From Longimicrobiales bacterium (GTDB lineage Bacteria; Gemmatimonadota; Gemmatimonadetes; Longimicrobiales; Gaopeijiaceae), in NCBI GenBank assembly GCA_965202805.1, contig OZ241869.1:2080001-2144000 (forward strand): a stretch of DNA of 64,000 nucleotides. The letters are read 5' to 3'. The notes under the pieces are model-generated. The model saw only the letters and a program-made list of their open reading frames with translations, was not told where the DNA came from and searched no databases. Both the position numbers and the translations under genes were made by a program. This document shows positions 18,163-28,186 of the stretch, piece after piece. The first letter of the stretch is position 1. Every line of letters starts with the position of its first letter.

Positions 18163-18178
18163 TGGCGCAGTTCGTGCA
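18163..18178 (+). promoter_or_regulatory. Candidate sigma-54 (-24/-12) promoter
   Basis: TGGCGCAGTTCGTGCA = GG-N10-GC, about 95 bp upstream of the TonB receptor start. Confidence 0.4.
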
Positions 18179-18271
18179 AGGTTCGGGGTTCGGGGGCGGT
18201 ACCAGGCCCGCCGGTGCGGCGGAGCCGGGGTCGCCAAGCCCGTCAGTGGCTACGGGAGGGACGTGGAAACG

Positions 18272-20608
18272 ATGTGCTCGCGATTCGCGGCGGGGACGCA
18301 GATCCTGCTTTCGCTCGTCGTCCTTGTCGCACCCCTGCCCGCATTCGCCCAGACGAACCAGCTGAGCGGTCGGATCCGGTCCGAGGACGGCCGTCCCGTC
18401 GAAGGGGCACTGGCGCAGGTCAACCCGGTTTCCGACTCGACGCGGGTCGAATACACCCTTTCGGATGAGCTCGGCTTCTTCGCCTTCCGCAATCTCGAGC
18501 CGGGCGCGCACGTGCTCAGAGTGACCCGAATCGGTTTCGAGGAATACCGGGAACAGGTGACCGTCGAGGCCGAGGGGACCGAAGTCGAGGTCGCCATGAC
18601 TTCGCAGGCCATCGAGATCGCGGGCATCACGGTCGAGGCCGAGCGCAGCCGCGCCAAGACCCGCTTCGAGGAGTCGGCCGGGATCACCGTGCAGGAGATC
18701 GAGGCCGCCGCCCTCAAGTCGCTCCCCATCATCGCCGAATCGGATCCGCTCCGGGCCATCGAGGTGCTTCCGGGCGTGACTACCGTTTCGGACTTCTCGG
18801 CGGCGTTCAACGTCCGCGGCGGCTCCGCCGACCAGAACCTCATCCTCCTCGACGAGGTGCCGATCTTCAACCCGTTCCACCTGGGGGGCATCTTCTCCGT
18901 GTTCAACGCGGACATGGTGGACCGGGTCGAGTTGCAGTCCGGAGGCTTCGCGGCCGAGTACGGCGGGCGGGTCTCTTCGGTGTTGACCATCGAGAGCGAT
19001 CCCGGGGACGGAGAGTTCGGGGTCGACGCGGGCATCAGCGTCCTGGCATCGCGCCTGGCGGTCAACGGAACGATTCCCGGGGGCGTCACCGAAAAACTGG
19101 GGTTCCAGACGACCCGCTGGCGCATGTCCGCGCGGCGTTCCTATCTGGACGTGCTCTTCAAGCCCTGGGTCGACTTCCCGTACCACATGTCGGACGTGCA
19201 GGGAGTCTTCGAGGCGTGGACGGGGCGCGGAAGCCGGCTCCGTTTCGTCGGGTACACGGGACGGGACGTCGTGGACCTCTCCGGAGTGGATGACACGCCT
19301 CTCCCGATCCGATGGTGGTGGGGGAACGACGCGATCGGCGGTTCGTGGACGCAGTCGATGAGCGGGGGCGCTTCGATGGCGGTTCGCGCCTCGCTGTCCC
19401 GCTTCGGATCCGATCTGTCCTTTCCGGAGGCCGACGCCGAGTTCAAGACCGGGGTCGAGCAGGCGAGCGTCGGCGCGGATCTCGAGTTGCTTCCCTCCTG
19501 GGCGACGCGCTGGAAGTCGGGGGTAAGCGCCAAGCAGGTCTCGTACGACAACGGCCTGCTGGGGGGCGGGTCGACCTTCCTGGACCAGGAGGGGAGTGGT
19601 GTCGAAATCGCCGGATACAGCCAGGTGCACTGGGACCCCAGTCCGAACTGGCTGGTGGAGGGTGGCGTCCGTGCGGACTACTGGCGGCCGAACGCAGGTG
19701 AAACCGAAGCGACACTCTCGCCCCGGTTCGCCGTGCGGCGCTTCCTGCGCGACAGGAACTCGGCGGTGCGCCTGGCGGCGGGCCGGTACAGCCAGTTCAT
19801 CCACTCGACCCGGGACGAGGAGTTCCCCTTCGGGATCGACACCTGGGTGCTGGCGGGCGCGGAGGCCCCGCGCATCGTGTCCGACCAGGTGCAGGTAGGC
19901 GCCGAGACCTTCTTCGGCGAGGACGACGACTGGTTCGCGTCGCTCGAAGGCTATTACCGCACCTTCGACGGGGTCGCCGCGGTCAATGCGGTCGACGATC
20001 CCAACGACGACTCGGACGCGCTGGTGGCCGGAGATGGCGATGCCTACGGCGTGGACCTCTACGTGAAGAGGGACCGGGGCACGACCACCGGCTGGCTCTC
20101 CGTCTCGTTCCTGAAGACCCTCCGGTCCTTCCCGGACACCCGCGTCGGCATCGAGCCCAAGCCCCTGATCACCTATCCCCCGGTTTTCGACCGCCGCTTC
20201 GAAGTCGATCTCGCCCTGCGCCGGCCCCTCGACTGGTGGGGGCTCGAAATCGGCGTCAGGGCCAATTTCGGAACCGGACTGCCGTTCACCAGGCCGCTCG
20301 GCACCTACCACGTATATCGCAGCCAGCTGACCAGCGGCGTCGCGGATCCCGACGATGAGAATGCGGTGCTGCTCGGGCCGCGAAACGGCGCGCGCTACCC
20401 GTCCAGGCACCGGCTGGACCTGTCGTTCCGCAAGACCATCACGAAGGGGTGGGGCACGATGACGCCCTACCTGAGCGTGATCAACGTGACCAACAAGAAG
20501 AACGCGCTGTTCTACTTCTACAACTACGACGCCTCGCCCCCGACCCGGGAGGGCGTGTCGATGATCCCGCTCCTTCCCACGCTGGGCCTCGAGGCCTCGT
20601 TCCGGTGA
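18272..20608 (+). CDS. TonB-dependent receptor with N-terminal carboxypeptidase-regulatory-like domain
   Basis: Signal peptide; plug motif LPGV..NVRGGSADQNLILLD..GGFAAEYGGRVSSV; beta-barrel ending LEASFR. Confidence 0.9.
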   Translation: MCSRFAAGTQILLSLVVLVAPLPAFAQTNQLSGRIRSEDGRPVEGALAQVNPVSDSTRVEYTLSDELGFFAFRNLEPGAHVLRVTRIGFEEYREQVTVEAEGTEVEVAMTSQAIEIAGITVEAERSRAKTRFEESAGITVQEIEAAALKSLPIIAESDPLRAIEVLPGVTTVSDFSAAFNVRGGSADQNLILLDEVPIFNPFHLGGIFSVFNADMVDRVELQSGGFAAEYGGRVSSVLTIESDPGDGEFGVDAGISVLASRLAVNGTIPGGVTEKLGFQTTRWRMSARRSYLDVLFKPWVDFPYHMSDVQGVFEAWTGRGSRLRFVGYTGRDVVDLSGVDDTPLPIRWWWGNDAIGGSWTQSMSGGASMAVRASLSRFGSDLSFPEADAEFKTGVEQASVGADLELLPSWATRWKSGVSAKQVSYDNGLLGGGSTFLDQEGSGVEIAGYSQVHWDPSPNWLVEGGVRADYWRPNAGETEATLSPRFAVRRFLRDRNSAVRLAAGRYSQFIHSTRDEEFPFGIDTWVLAGAEAPRIVSDQVQVGAETFFGEDDDWFASLEGYYRTFDGVAAVNAVDDPNDDSDALVAGDGDAYGVDLYVKRDRGTTTGWLSVSFLKTLRSFPDTRVGIEPKPLITYPPVFDRRFEVDLALRRPLDWWGLEIGVRANFGTGLPFTRPLGTYHVYRSQLTSGVADPDDENAVLLGPRNGARYPSRHRLDLSFRKTITKGWGTMTPYLSVINVTNKKNALFYFYNYDASPPTREGVSMIPLLPTLGLEASFR

Positions 20609-21684
20609 TGGGCGGAGCGGGTTGGTCCAGTAGGCCCACGCGCGCGAGACACCCGGACGTCCGCCAGCAGTTGCGCCTGCCGCTCGGCCGATCGCGGCGG
20701 CCCCGCGGGTCGGGTCCGTGTGCGGCCCTGAGCGCCCTGGCGGCGACGGCCGTCCTGCTGGGAGGTTGTGAACTCACCGAGGTGACGCTCGCGGAATCGG
20801 ACGACGTGGTGATCGCCGAGACGCGGCTCGTCCTGAATCTCGAGAGCGGGGACCGGGCAGCGTCCCTGGATGCGTACACGTACCTGCACCGTACGCTCAG
20901 CGCCGCGCGCGGGGACGAGGTGGAGGGAGCCATCGTGCGCCTGTCCGGTGCGTCGGGCGGAGTCGTTCATCTCGATCCGACGAACGACGGCAACGCGTGC
21001 CTCAGCTACGACCCGGACGAACCAAACGAGGATGTCGGTTCCTGTTACCGGGCGGTCGTCTCCCCTTCCCCCTTCGCTCCCCGCGAGGTCATCGAACTCG
21101 AGGTGACCCTGGCCGACGGCGGCACCCTCACCGCATCCAGCCGAATCCCCGGCCCCTTCGACTTCGTCGGGCTCACCCACGAGGACGGGCACTGCCGCAT
21201 CGAGCCCGATACCAACTACCGATTCAACTGGACCGAGGCGGCGGGCACGTGGTCGTACCTGTCCGACACCTGGATCAGGGGATTGCCCGAGGCCCTGGCC
21301 GGGCGGGACATCGAGGTGCCCGACTCGGTATACCTGACCGGTTTCGGGATCGGCCGGGAGGACACGGATGTCCTCTTCCCCGGGGAATACGGGCTGTTCG
21401 ACATAGTCGACGACGTCGAGACCGACCTGCTGCGCATTCTCGACGACGGCCTCCCCGGCGGCGCCTGGGGCCGGATCGCGTTCGCCGCCACCGACCGAAA
21501 CTGGGTGAACTGGATCCGGGGCGGAAACTTCAACCCTTCGGGGATCATCCGAATCCCCTCCGTCTTCGGAGAAGGGACCGGCTTCTTCGGCACGGCGACG
21601 CAGCGCGTGCTCCACGTCCGGGCTGCCCCCGGCGGCGACGGCATGCCGCCGCTCTGCGGACCTACCGCGCCTCCGGATTCCTGA
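20608..21684 (+). CDS. Lipoprotein partner of the TonB receptor (DUF4249-like)
   Basis: TGATG coupling; lipobox LLGGC; C-terminal SVFGEGTGFFG. Confidence 0.7.
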   Translation: MGGAGWSSRPTRARHPDVRQQLRLPLGRSRRPRGSGPCAALSALAATAVLLGGCELTEVTLAESDDVVIAETRLVLNLESGDRAASLDAYTYLHRTLSAARGDEVEGAIVRLSGASGGVVHLDPTNDGNACLSYDPDEPNEDVGSCYRAVVSPSPFAPREVIELEVTLADGGTLTASSRIPGPFDFVGLTHEDGHCRIEPDTNYRFNWTEAAGTWSYLSDTWIRGLPEALAGRDIEVPDSVYLTGFGIGREDTDVLFPGEYGLFDIVDDVETDLLRILDDGLPGGAWGRIAFAATDRNWVNWIRGGNFNPSGIIRIPSVFGEGTGFFGTATQRVLHVRAAPGGDGMPPLCGPTAPPDS

Positions 21685-21772
21685 GAGACCGCATACGCCG
21701 GACTGCCTCGGGTACGCAGATCGGCTCGTGATCAAGCCGCGCGACCCCTGGAAGACATAGTCCACTCCCATG

Positions 21773-21824
21773 GACCCTCTTTTGTCCGCCACTTTTCGGC
21801 TGTTGTGGCGGACAAAAGAGGGTC
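21773..21824. repeat. Perfect 20-bp inverted repeat containing palindromic element copy 2; may also act as a terminator between convergent genes
   Basis: GACCCTCTTTTGTCCGCCAC-N12-GTGGCGGACAAAAGAGGGTC. Confidence 0.9.
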
Positions 21825-21879
21825 GCGGGTGAATGATGCCCGCAGTGTGCCCCAGCGGGGGTCGAACCGTGTTCGCGCC

Positions 21880-24030
21880 CTAAGGCGCCAGCGGGTCCGG
21901 CCGCAACTGGAACTGGAGGACCTTGCTGGGCGTTCCCTTGCCGCCCTCCATGTGGAAGGGCGCGCGCGTGCTCACGGTCGCCCACAGGCCCCTTCCCTTC
22001 CATCCCCCGTCCGGGTCGTCGATGCGGCCGTCCAGCCACTTGGTGTAGAAGCCGAGCGGATAGGGGACCCGCAGAACGATCCATTCACCGTCCACGAGGG
22101 CCAGCAGCCCTTCGGAGGCGTTGCCGGTGTTGATGGGCACGTTATCGCCCAGCCCGAAGACGTTGAACTGGTCGACCCAGGTGTAGTAGCTCGCCTCGGC
22201 GCTGCCGGGAGCGGTCACACCCCGGATCTGCGGGAGCGGCTCCCGGTGGAAGGTCCAGCCCTCCGGGCAATGCTGGCCCGTGGCCTCCGGACCGTTGAGC
22301 GGCCCCGTGCACTTCGTGCGGTCGAAGCTGGCCATGTGCCCGCTGGCGAGCGCCACCCACATCACCCCGTTGCGGTCGATGTCCCCGCCGCGGGGCGAGA
22401 ACCCTTCGATGGGCGCGCCCGAGACGTCGAGCGGCAGCTCGTACAGCTCCGCGAGCGCCGTCGCCGGGGGGTTCGGACCCGGATCCAGCCGGACCACCGC
22501 CCCCGGGTAACCGAGTGACGTCGCCCACACTGACCCGTCCGGAGCAGGCGCGACGGAGTAGAAGCCCGCCACGACCCGCTTGTCCATCGCGGGGTCGACC
22601 GGCTCGTCGGGCTCGACGTAGTCGTCGCGCCGGCCGTTGCCGTTTGTGTCCAGGATGAGCGCGGTCCAGCCCTGCGAGGCCTCCTCGTCGCCGGTCTCCT
22701 CGAACATCCTCGTATTGAGCCAGCCCACGACCTGTCCGCCGCCACTCGTCCAGAGCGTGTTGTCCTCGTCCTCGGCGAACATGAGATGGTGCGTGCTGAA
22801 GCAGGTGCGGATATGGGTGAGCTCCTGCGTCTCCGGGTCCCAGAGCTGGAGATGGCGCCGGGCGCTGTTCGTCGGAAAGAGCCTCGCCGACGGGTGGTCC
22901 GACCCCTCGCGACAGAAGTCCGGATTCGCGGGCGGAGCCACCGTGGAGGTGAGCCAGAGCCGCCCCCGCTCGTCCAACATCGGGTTGTGGACGTTGTTCT
23001 TGCTCGTCCAGATGACTTCGTCTCCCCAGTAGGGCGAGGGCTCGGGCATGCCCGGACCCGATGCGGGCTGCGTGCTCGCATCGCGCACCGTCAGCGGGAT
23101 CCGGGTCGCCGCGTGGTCCACCGGATCCAGCACCGGCACATAGTCCGCGCTGGCCTCGAGCGCCCCGTAGATGGGACCATAGGCGTTGACCGTCGGATCG
23201 CGCCGGTCGGTGGAGACCTCGTCGTGGAGGTAAGCCCTGGGATCGGCCCAGTCCCACAGCGTGACGACCACGTTGCGCTCGATGCCCTCGGGCCGCGGAG
23301 GCGCCTCCGCCGGCACTTCGCCCGCCGCGATGCGGTCGGTCCAGTCCGCGAACATCTCGAGCATCCGCTGCCGGCCCATGCGGTTGAAGCCGCCGCTCAT
23401 GCCCCCGCCGGCCTGCCCCGACTTGATGCGCCGGTCCCAAGCGTCCACCGAGGAGGCGAACTCGCCCAGTTCCGCCGGGATGTTGCGGGTGCCGAGGCCG
23501 CCCATCTGATGGCAGGCCGTGCAGTTGCCCGACTTCAGGAGCCGCATGAGCTGCGCCTGGTGCTCAAGGTTGGGCGAGATCCCGTTCCCCTCGTCACCGG
23601 TTCCCGGGAACTCGTGCTCCTCCGGCACCTGGAGCAGCGACAGCCAGTAGCCTGCGGGGTAGTATTCCGCGGCTGCGCGGGCGTCGGGCGCCGGCACCGC
23701 GGTCAGGTCCAGGGCCGCGCCCGGCGAGGCGCCCACCTTGTCCGAATCCACCAGGCCGTACCCGCGCACCCACACCTCATAGCTCGCCTCGGGCAGGTCG
23801 GGAATCAGGTATCGCCCCTCGTCGTCGGTTACGACGATCCGGGCGAAGCGGGTGGGGAGGTCGAGCGTCTCCGCGATCACCCAGACGCCGGCTTCGGGAC
23901 CGTTCGCGCCGGTCACGACGCCGCTGATGTCGTCGGCATCAATGGCGGGTGTGTCGGCAGCGGGTTCGCAGGCGGTGAGCGCGGTCAGGGCCGCGACTGC
24001 GCCCGCGCAAAAAATACGCCAATTCCTCAT
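21880..24030 (-). CDS. Lipoprotein: carboxypeptidase-regulatory-like domain + c-type heme + beta-propeller-like region
   Basis: GGAGG RBS; lipobox LTAC; ISGVVTGANGPEAGVWVIAET; CTACH; repeated G-x-x-W blades. Confidence 0.75.
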   Translation of the reverse strand: MRNWRIFCAGAVAALTALTACEPAADTPAIDADDISGVVTGANGPEAGVWVIAETLDLPTRFARIVVTDDEGRYLIPDLPEASYEVWVRGYGLVDSDKVGASPGAALDLTAVPAPDARAAAEYYPAGYWLSLLQVPEEHEFPGTGDEGNGISPNLEHQAQLMRLLKSGNCTACHQMGGLGTRNIPAELGEFASSVDAWDRRIKSGQAGGGMSGGFNRMGRQRMLEMFADWTDRIAAGEVPAEAPPRPEGIERNVVVTLWDWADPRAYLHDEVSTDRRDPTVNAYGPIYGALEASADYVPVLDPVDHAATRIPLTVRDASTQPASGPGMPEPSPYWGDEVIWTSKNNVHNPMLDERGRLWLTSTVAPPANPDFCREGSDHPSARLFPTNSARRHLQLWDPETQELTHIRTCFSTHHLMFAEDEDNTLWTSGGGQVVGWLNTRMFEETGDEEASQGWTALILDTNGNGRRDDYVEPDEPVDPAMDKRVVAGFYSVAPAPDGSVWATSLGYPGAVVRLDPGPNPPATALAELYELPLDVSGAPIEGFSPRGGDIDRNGVMWVALASGHMASFDRTKCTGPLNGPEATGQHCPEGWTFHREPLPQIRGVTAPGSAEASYYTWVDQFNVFGLGDNVPINTGNASEGLLALVDGEWIVLRVPYPLGFYTKWLDGRIDDPDGGWKGRGLWATVSTRAPFHMEGGKGTPSKVLQFQLRPDPLAP

Positions 24031-24177
24031 GTCCATCCTCCCGCTCAGGCCTTCCCGAGACACACAACCCGGGTACTCTGATTGATAGGCGGGAGCGTGA
24101 TGGCGGGCCAGCGACGAGGGTTCGTGTGTAGTACAGATCACAGAGTGGCAACGGTCGTCAAGCAGGAGACGCGGTAG

Positions 24178-24621
24178 ATGTCACACACAGGGCGATCGCC
24201 TGGTAGCCCGGAGAGGAAACCGAAACTCCTCTCCGGCGGCAACCCCCAGATCCCGAAGGGCGACGGGGACGCGCCCGTGCAGGCCTACCTCGCGGCCATG
24301 CCCGGCTGGAAGCGCGACGTCGGCCGCTACCTCGACGGGCTGATCGAGCGCAGCGTGCCCGATGTCCGCAAGGCGGTCAGATGGAACTCGCCCTTCTACG
24401 GCATCGAGGAGCAGGGCTGGTTCCTCGCCTTCCACTGTTTCACCAAATACGTCAAGGTGACCTTCCTCAACGGTGCCTCGCTGCGCCCCGTTCCGCCGGT
24501 GGCGTCAAGGCACGAGCACGTGCGCTATTTCCACATCCACGAGGAAGACGAGCCCGACGAGGAGCTCCTGGTGAGCTGGATCAGGCAGGCGTCGGCGCTG
24601 CCGGGAGAGAAGGTCTTCTAG
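24178..24621 (+). CDS. DUF1801 (YdhG-like) protein
   Basis: AGGAG RBS; VRKAVRWNSPFYG, LVSWIRQA. Confidence 0.8.
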   Translation: MSHTGRSPGSPERKPKLLSGGNPQIPKGDGDAPVQAYLAAMPGWKRDVGRYLDGLIERSVPDVRKAVRWNSPFYGIEEQGWFLAFHCFTKYVKVTFLNGASLRPVPPVASRHEHVRYFHIHEEDEPDEELLVSWIRQASALPGEKVF

Positions 24622-25769
24622 TCGCGTCGGGCCGGAACATTCGCGAAGAGGCCGTTCTGAGTCCCTGAATTCGCGGTCACGATGTCGGGGAACCCGTCGC
24701 CGTTCAGATCCCCGATCCCCAGCCCGTAGGTCGAGCAGTCCGCGCACCCGAAGCGGAACTCGTCGAACGCCGAGGGCCCGCCGCCCAGGTTGAAGTAGAC
24801 CGCGTTCCGCGCGCCCACGTTCGCAACGACGATGTCCGCGTCCCCGTCGAGGTCCAGGTCCGCGAGATGGACCGCGTAGCTCTCGTCGTCGGCCGGTCCG
24901 AACGGCATGCTGCGCTCGAACCGTCCCGATCCGTCACCGAAGTACACGCCGTTCGGCTCGCCGATGTTCGCCGTCACGATGTCCAGGACACCGTCGCCGT
25001 CCATGTCGCCCACCGCCACACCGCGCGTCTCGTCGCTCCCGGTTCCGTACCCGCTCACCCGTTCGAAGCTGCCGCCATCGTTCCAGTGGATGGTGTTCGC
25101 TCCACCGTCCCGGTTGGCGAGCACGAGATCCGGGTCCCCGTCGCCGTCGAGGTCCGCGGCGACGACATCGATCGTAGAGTCGTCCCCGGCCCCGAACGGC
25201 GTTCGCTCGCGGAAGGCTCCCGAGCCGTCTCCATGGAAGATGAAGTTCTGGCGGCCGCGGTTCACCACCAGGATGTCCACGTGCCCATCCCCGTCCAGAT
25301 CGGCCAGCGTCAGGCTTCGCGTCGAACTTGGGGTGCCGAAGGCGGCGCCGGCCTCGAATCGGCCTGTTCCGTCGTTGAAGAAGATGAGGTTGCGCGTGCG
25401 ATCGTTCCCCACCGCGACATCCAGGTCTCCGTCGCCATCGAAATCGGCGAGCGGGACGGCGTAGCTGCCCGCCTCTTCCTCCCCCAGCCGCCGCGCCAGC
25501 GTGAAGGCGGCTCGTCCATCGTTGAGGTAGACCCGGTTCTGCCCGGGCCAGTGGCGGCCGTTGGCGACGACCACGTCGAGTGCCCCGTCGGCGTTCACGT
25601 CGCCCAGGCTCACCGAGGCCGTCAGCTCGCTGCCTCCGCCCAGGGGTCTGAGGGGGCGGAAGGTGCGGTCCTGGCCCACCAGGGGGGTCGCGGCGAGGGC
25701 GAATGCGAGAACAAGGGCTGCTGCGACTACTTTAAGGATGCACGGCTCATCGATGGCCGGATGCCTCAT
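24618..25769 (-). CDS. Secreted FG-GAP/VCBS repeat beta-propeller protein
   Basis: About seven DxDGDGxxD repeats; signal peptide. Confidence 0.88.
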   Translation of the reverse strand: MRHPAIDEPCILKVVAAALVLAFALAATPLVGQDRTFRPLRPLGGGSELTASVSLGDVNADGALDVVVANGRHWPGQNRVYLNDGRAAFTLARRLGEEEAGSYAVPLADFDGDGDLDVAVGNDRTRNLIFFNDGTGRFEAGAAFGTPSSTRSLTLADLDGDGHVDILVVNRGRQNFIFHGDGSGAFRERTPFGAGDDSTIDVVAADLDGDGDPDLVLANRDGGANTIHWNDGGSFERVSGYGTGSDETRGVAVGDMDGDGVLDIVTANIGEPNGVYFGDGSGRFERSMPFGPADDESYAVHLADLDLDGDADIVVANVGARNAVYFNLGGGPSAFDEFRFGCADCSTYGLGIGDLNGDGFPDIVTANSGTQNGLFANVPARRD

Positions 25770-25869
25770 GTCTTCCTCCTCTCTGCCTCGCGTGCGTCTG
25801 ACGTTGCCGCTCCAGGGTTCCCACTGAGAATTCGAGTAAGGCAGGGCTGTCTTGCGGAAGCGTCGCCCC

Positions 25870-27144
25870 TCACCACCCCAACACCCCCGGCAGCCACAAC
25901 ACCACCCCCGGCACCACCGCGATCACGACCGTAAGCCCAAGCATCAGCGCCAGATACGGCCACAGCGGCCGCGCCACCTCCGCCGGCTCGACCCCTCCTA
26001 CCGAGCAGGCCACGAGCAGGCTCACCCCCACGGGCGGCAGGAACACGGAGATCCCCTGGGTCGCCACGATGACGGCGCCGTAGTGCACGGGGTCGATCCC
26101 GAGCTGCGTCGCCAGGGGCAGCAGGATCGGCGTCAGCAGGACGACCGCGGGCACGCCCTCGAGGATGGCCCCGAGCGGCAGAAAGACGAGGATGGTGAGG
26201 ATCATGAAGCCGGCCTGCCCGCCCCCCATCCCCACCACCGACGACGCCAGCGCCTGGGGCACCTGCATGACCGCGAGCACCCAGCCGAGGAGGCGTGCGG
26301 CGCCCACCACGAACAGCACCATCCCCGACACCATGGCGGTCTGGACGACCTTGGCCCACAGGTCCCGGACGGTGAGCGACCGGTACACCGGGCCGGCCAG
26401 CACGAGCGCGTAGGCGACGGCGACGGCCGCGGCCTCCGTGGGCGTGAAGAGCCCGAAGCGGATGCCGCCCAGGATGACCACGATCATGAAGAGGGGGAGC
26501 AGGGCGTCGACCGCCGCGCGCCGGACCTCCGCGAGGGATGCGCGCTCCCCTGCCGGCCATCCCTGCCGCCGCGCCTGCCACCCGATCAGGGTCATCAGGC
26601 CCACCGCGATCAGGAGCGCGGGTACGATCGACGCGACGAACAGGGCGCCGATGGAGACGTTGCCGATGACGCCGTAGACGACCATCACGATGGCCGGGGG
26701 AATGAGGATCCCCATCCCGCACGCGGCCGACACGATCGCGGTGGCTCGCGCCCGGCCGTATCCGTTCGCTCTCAGCTGCGGCACCATGATGCCCCCGATG
26801 GCGGCCGCGTCCGCGGAGGTGGAGCCCGACACCCCCGAGAAGAACATCTCCGCCATGATGACCACCTGCCCGAGCCCCCCGGGGAGATGCCCCACGAGCG
26901 CCCGCGCCAGCGCCACCAGGCGGCGGCTGATCCCCCCGACGTCCATCAGGAAGCCGGCCAGAATGAAGAGGGGGACGGCGAGCATGGGGAAGGAGTCCAT
27001 CCCCGCGACGATCTGCTGCGGGATGATGACGAGCGGGAGGTCCGCGACCACGATGGCGACCACGGCCGCGATCGCGAGCGCGAAGCCGATGGGCACGGCG
27101 GCCAGCACCAGGAGCCCGAAGACGCCAAGGAGAAAGGCGCCCAT
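25870..27144 (-). CDS. dctM: TRAP transporter large permease
   Basis: LAVPLFILAG, FSGVSGS..AD, ILIPP, FTPTEAA, GIDPVH, PPVG. Confidence 0.92.
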   Translation of the reverse strand: MGAFLLGVFGLLVLAAVPIGFALAIAAVVAIVVADLPLVIIPQQIVAGMDSFPMLAVPLFILAGFLMDVGGISRRLVALARALVGHLPGGLGQVVIMAEMFFSGVSGSTSADAAAIGGIMVPQLRANGYGRARATAIVSAACGMGILIPPAIVMVVYGVIGNVSIGALFVASIVPALLIAVGLMTLIGWQARRQGWPAGERASLAEVRRAAVDALLPLFMIVVILGGIRFGLFTPTEAAAVAVAYALVLAGPVYRSLTVRDLWAKVVQTAMVSGMVLFVVGAARLLGWVLAVMQVPQALASSVVGMGGGQAGFMILTILVFLPLGAILEGVPAVVLLTPILLPLATQLGIDPVHYGAVIVATQGISVFLPPVGVSLLVACSVGGVEPAEVARPLWPYLALMLGLTVVIAVVPGVVLWLPGVLGW

Positions 27145-27620
27145 CAGCCCGACCGCCCGCCCACCCAGCCTGCCACCATGTGCACCACCATCAGCACGCC
27201 CGACACCGGTGCCGCCGCGTAGACCAGCGCGACAGGCAGGTTCAGCGCCGGGGAGCGCTCTCCCATGGTGAGATCCATGAGCGCGATGCCCGTGCCGATG
27301 AGGATGAGCGAGAACAGGAGCACGACCGCCCCCGCGAACCTCTCCACGACCCTCTTCGCCCGCGGGGCCAGCGCCTTTGTGACCTGGTCGAACCCGAAGT
27401 GGGCCCGGTGCTCCACGGCCAGCGAAGCTCCGAGCAGCGACAGCCAGATGAAGCAGAAGCGCGACACCTCTTCGCTCCACGGATTCGGATGGGCGAAGAG
27501 ATACCGCATCAGGACCTGGAGCAGGACGACCGCGGCGACCGTGACCACGAGGACGCCCGCGGCACGGGTTTCGAGTACGACGAGGAACCGGTTGAGCGTG
27601 CGGAGTCGGCGGAGCAACAT
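27144..27620 (-). CDS. dctQ: TRAP transporter small permease
   Basis: QVLMRY..WSEEVSR; four TM helices; TGATG coupling to dctM. Confidence 0.88.
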   Translation of the reverse strand: MLLRRLRTLNRFLVVLETRAAGVLVVTVAAVVLLQVLMRYLFAHPNPWSEEVSRFCFIWLSLLGASLAVEHRAHFGFDQVTKALAPRAKRVVERFAGAVVLLFSLILIGTGIALMDLTMGERSPALNLPVALVYAAAPVSGVLMVVHMVAGWVGGRSG

Positions 27621-27754
27621 GGGCCTCTCCTCGTTGACAGCCCTCGCGGTCCTGAATGAAGATGAACCATAACCCGGAGCAGCCCGGATTAACAGCGCCA
27701 TATGCCGGACGACGCCAAGCCGGAATCGTGATTCTCGCTGCAAGGAGGATTGCC

Positions 27755-28156
27755 ATGACCGAATCCACTCACACGGCGGAAGCGATCCGCGCGGCGATGG
27801 ATCATCTTATCGATCGCGCGACCAATTTCGACGTCGATGCCCTGAAAACCATCTATCACAAGGACTTTCATACAACGCTGGTGATGCCCGACAGCACCGT
27901 AACCACCTACAGCAAGGAGGAATTCATCGCCCATTTCCGCAAGCAGGCGGAAGAGGGCAAGACGCGGCTCAATCCGTGGGCGGACTGGCATGATTTCCAT
28001 GTTCTGGGCGACACTGCGGTTTGTGTGCTGACCCGCAGACACAGCGGCATGAGCGGCGAGGAGATGCAACTCCTGTGCAACATCGAGTGGCGTTACGAAG
28101 ACGGGCGCTGGCAAGTGCTTCGCGAGCAGATTTTCCTTCGTCCGCTGGACGCGTGA
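27755..28156 (+). CDS. SnoaL/NTF2-like (DUF4440) protein in a lower-GC insert
   Basis: AAGGAGG RBS; DVDALKTIYHKDF..GDTA..WRYEDGRWQV. Confidence 0.8.
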   Translation: MTESTHTAEAIRAAMDHLIDRATNFDVDALKTIYHKDFHTTLVMPDSTVTTYSKEEFIAHFRKQAEEGKTRLNPWADWHDFHVLGDTAVCVLTRRHSGMSGEEMQLLCNIEWRYEDGRWQVLREQIFLRPLDA

Positions 28157-28186
28157 AGCGCCCCCTCACCGAAAGGAGCGAAGCTC

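Noticed and set aside
18070..18271. Cobalamin riboswitch upstream of the TonB receptor
   Set aside because: No recognisable B12-box or conserved core elements
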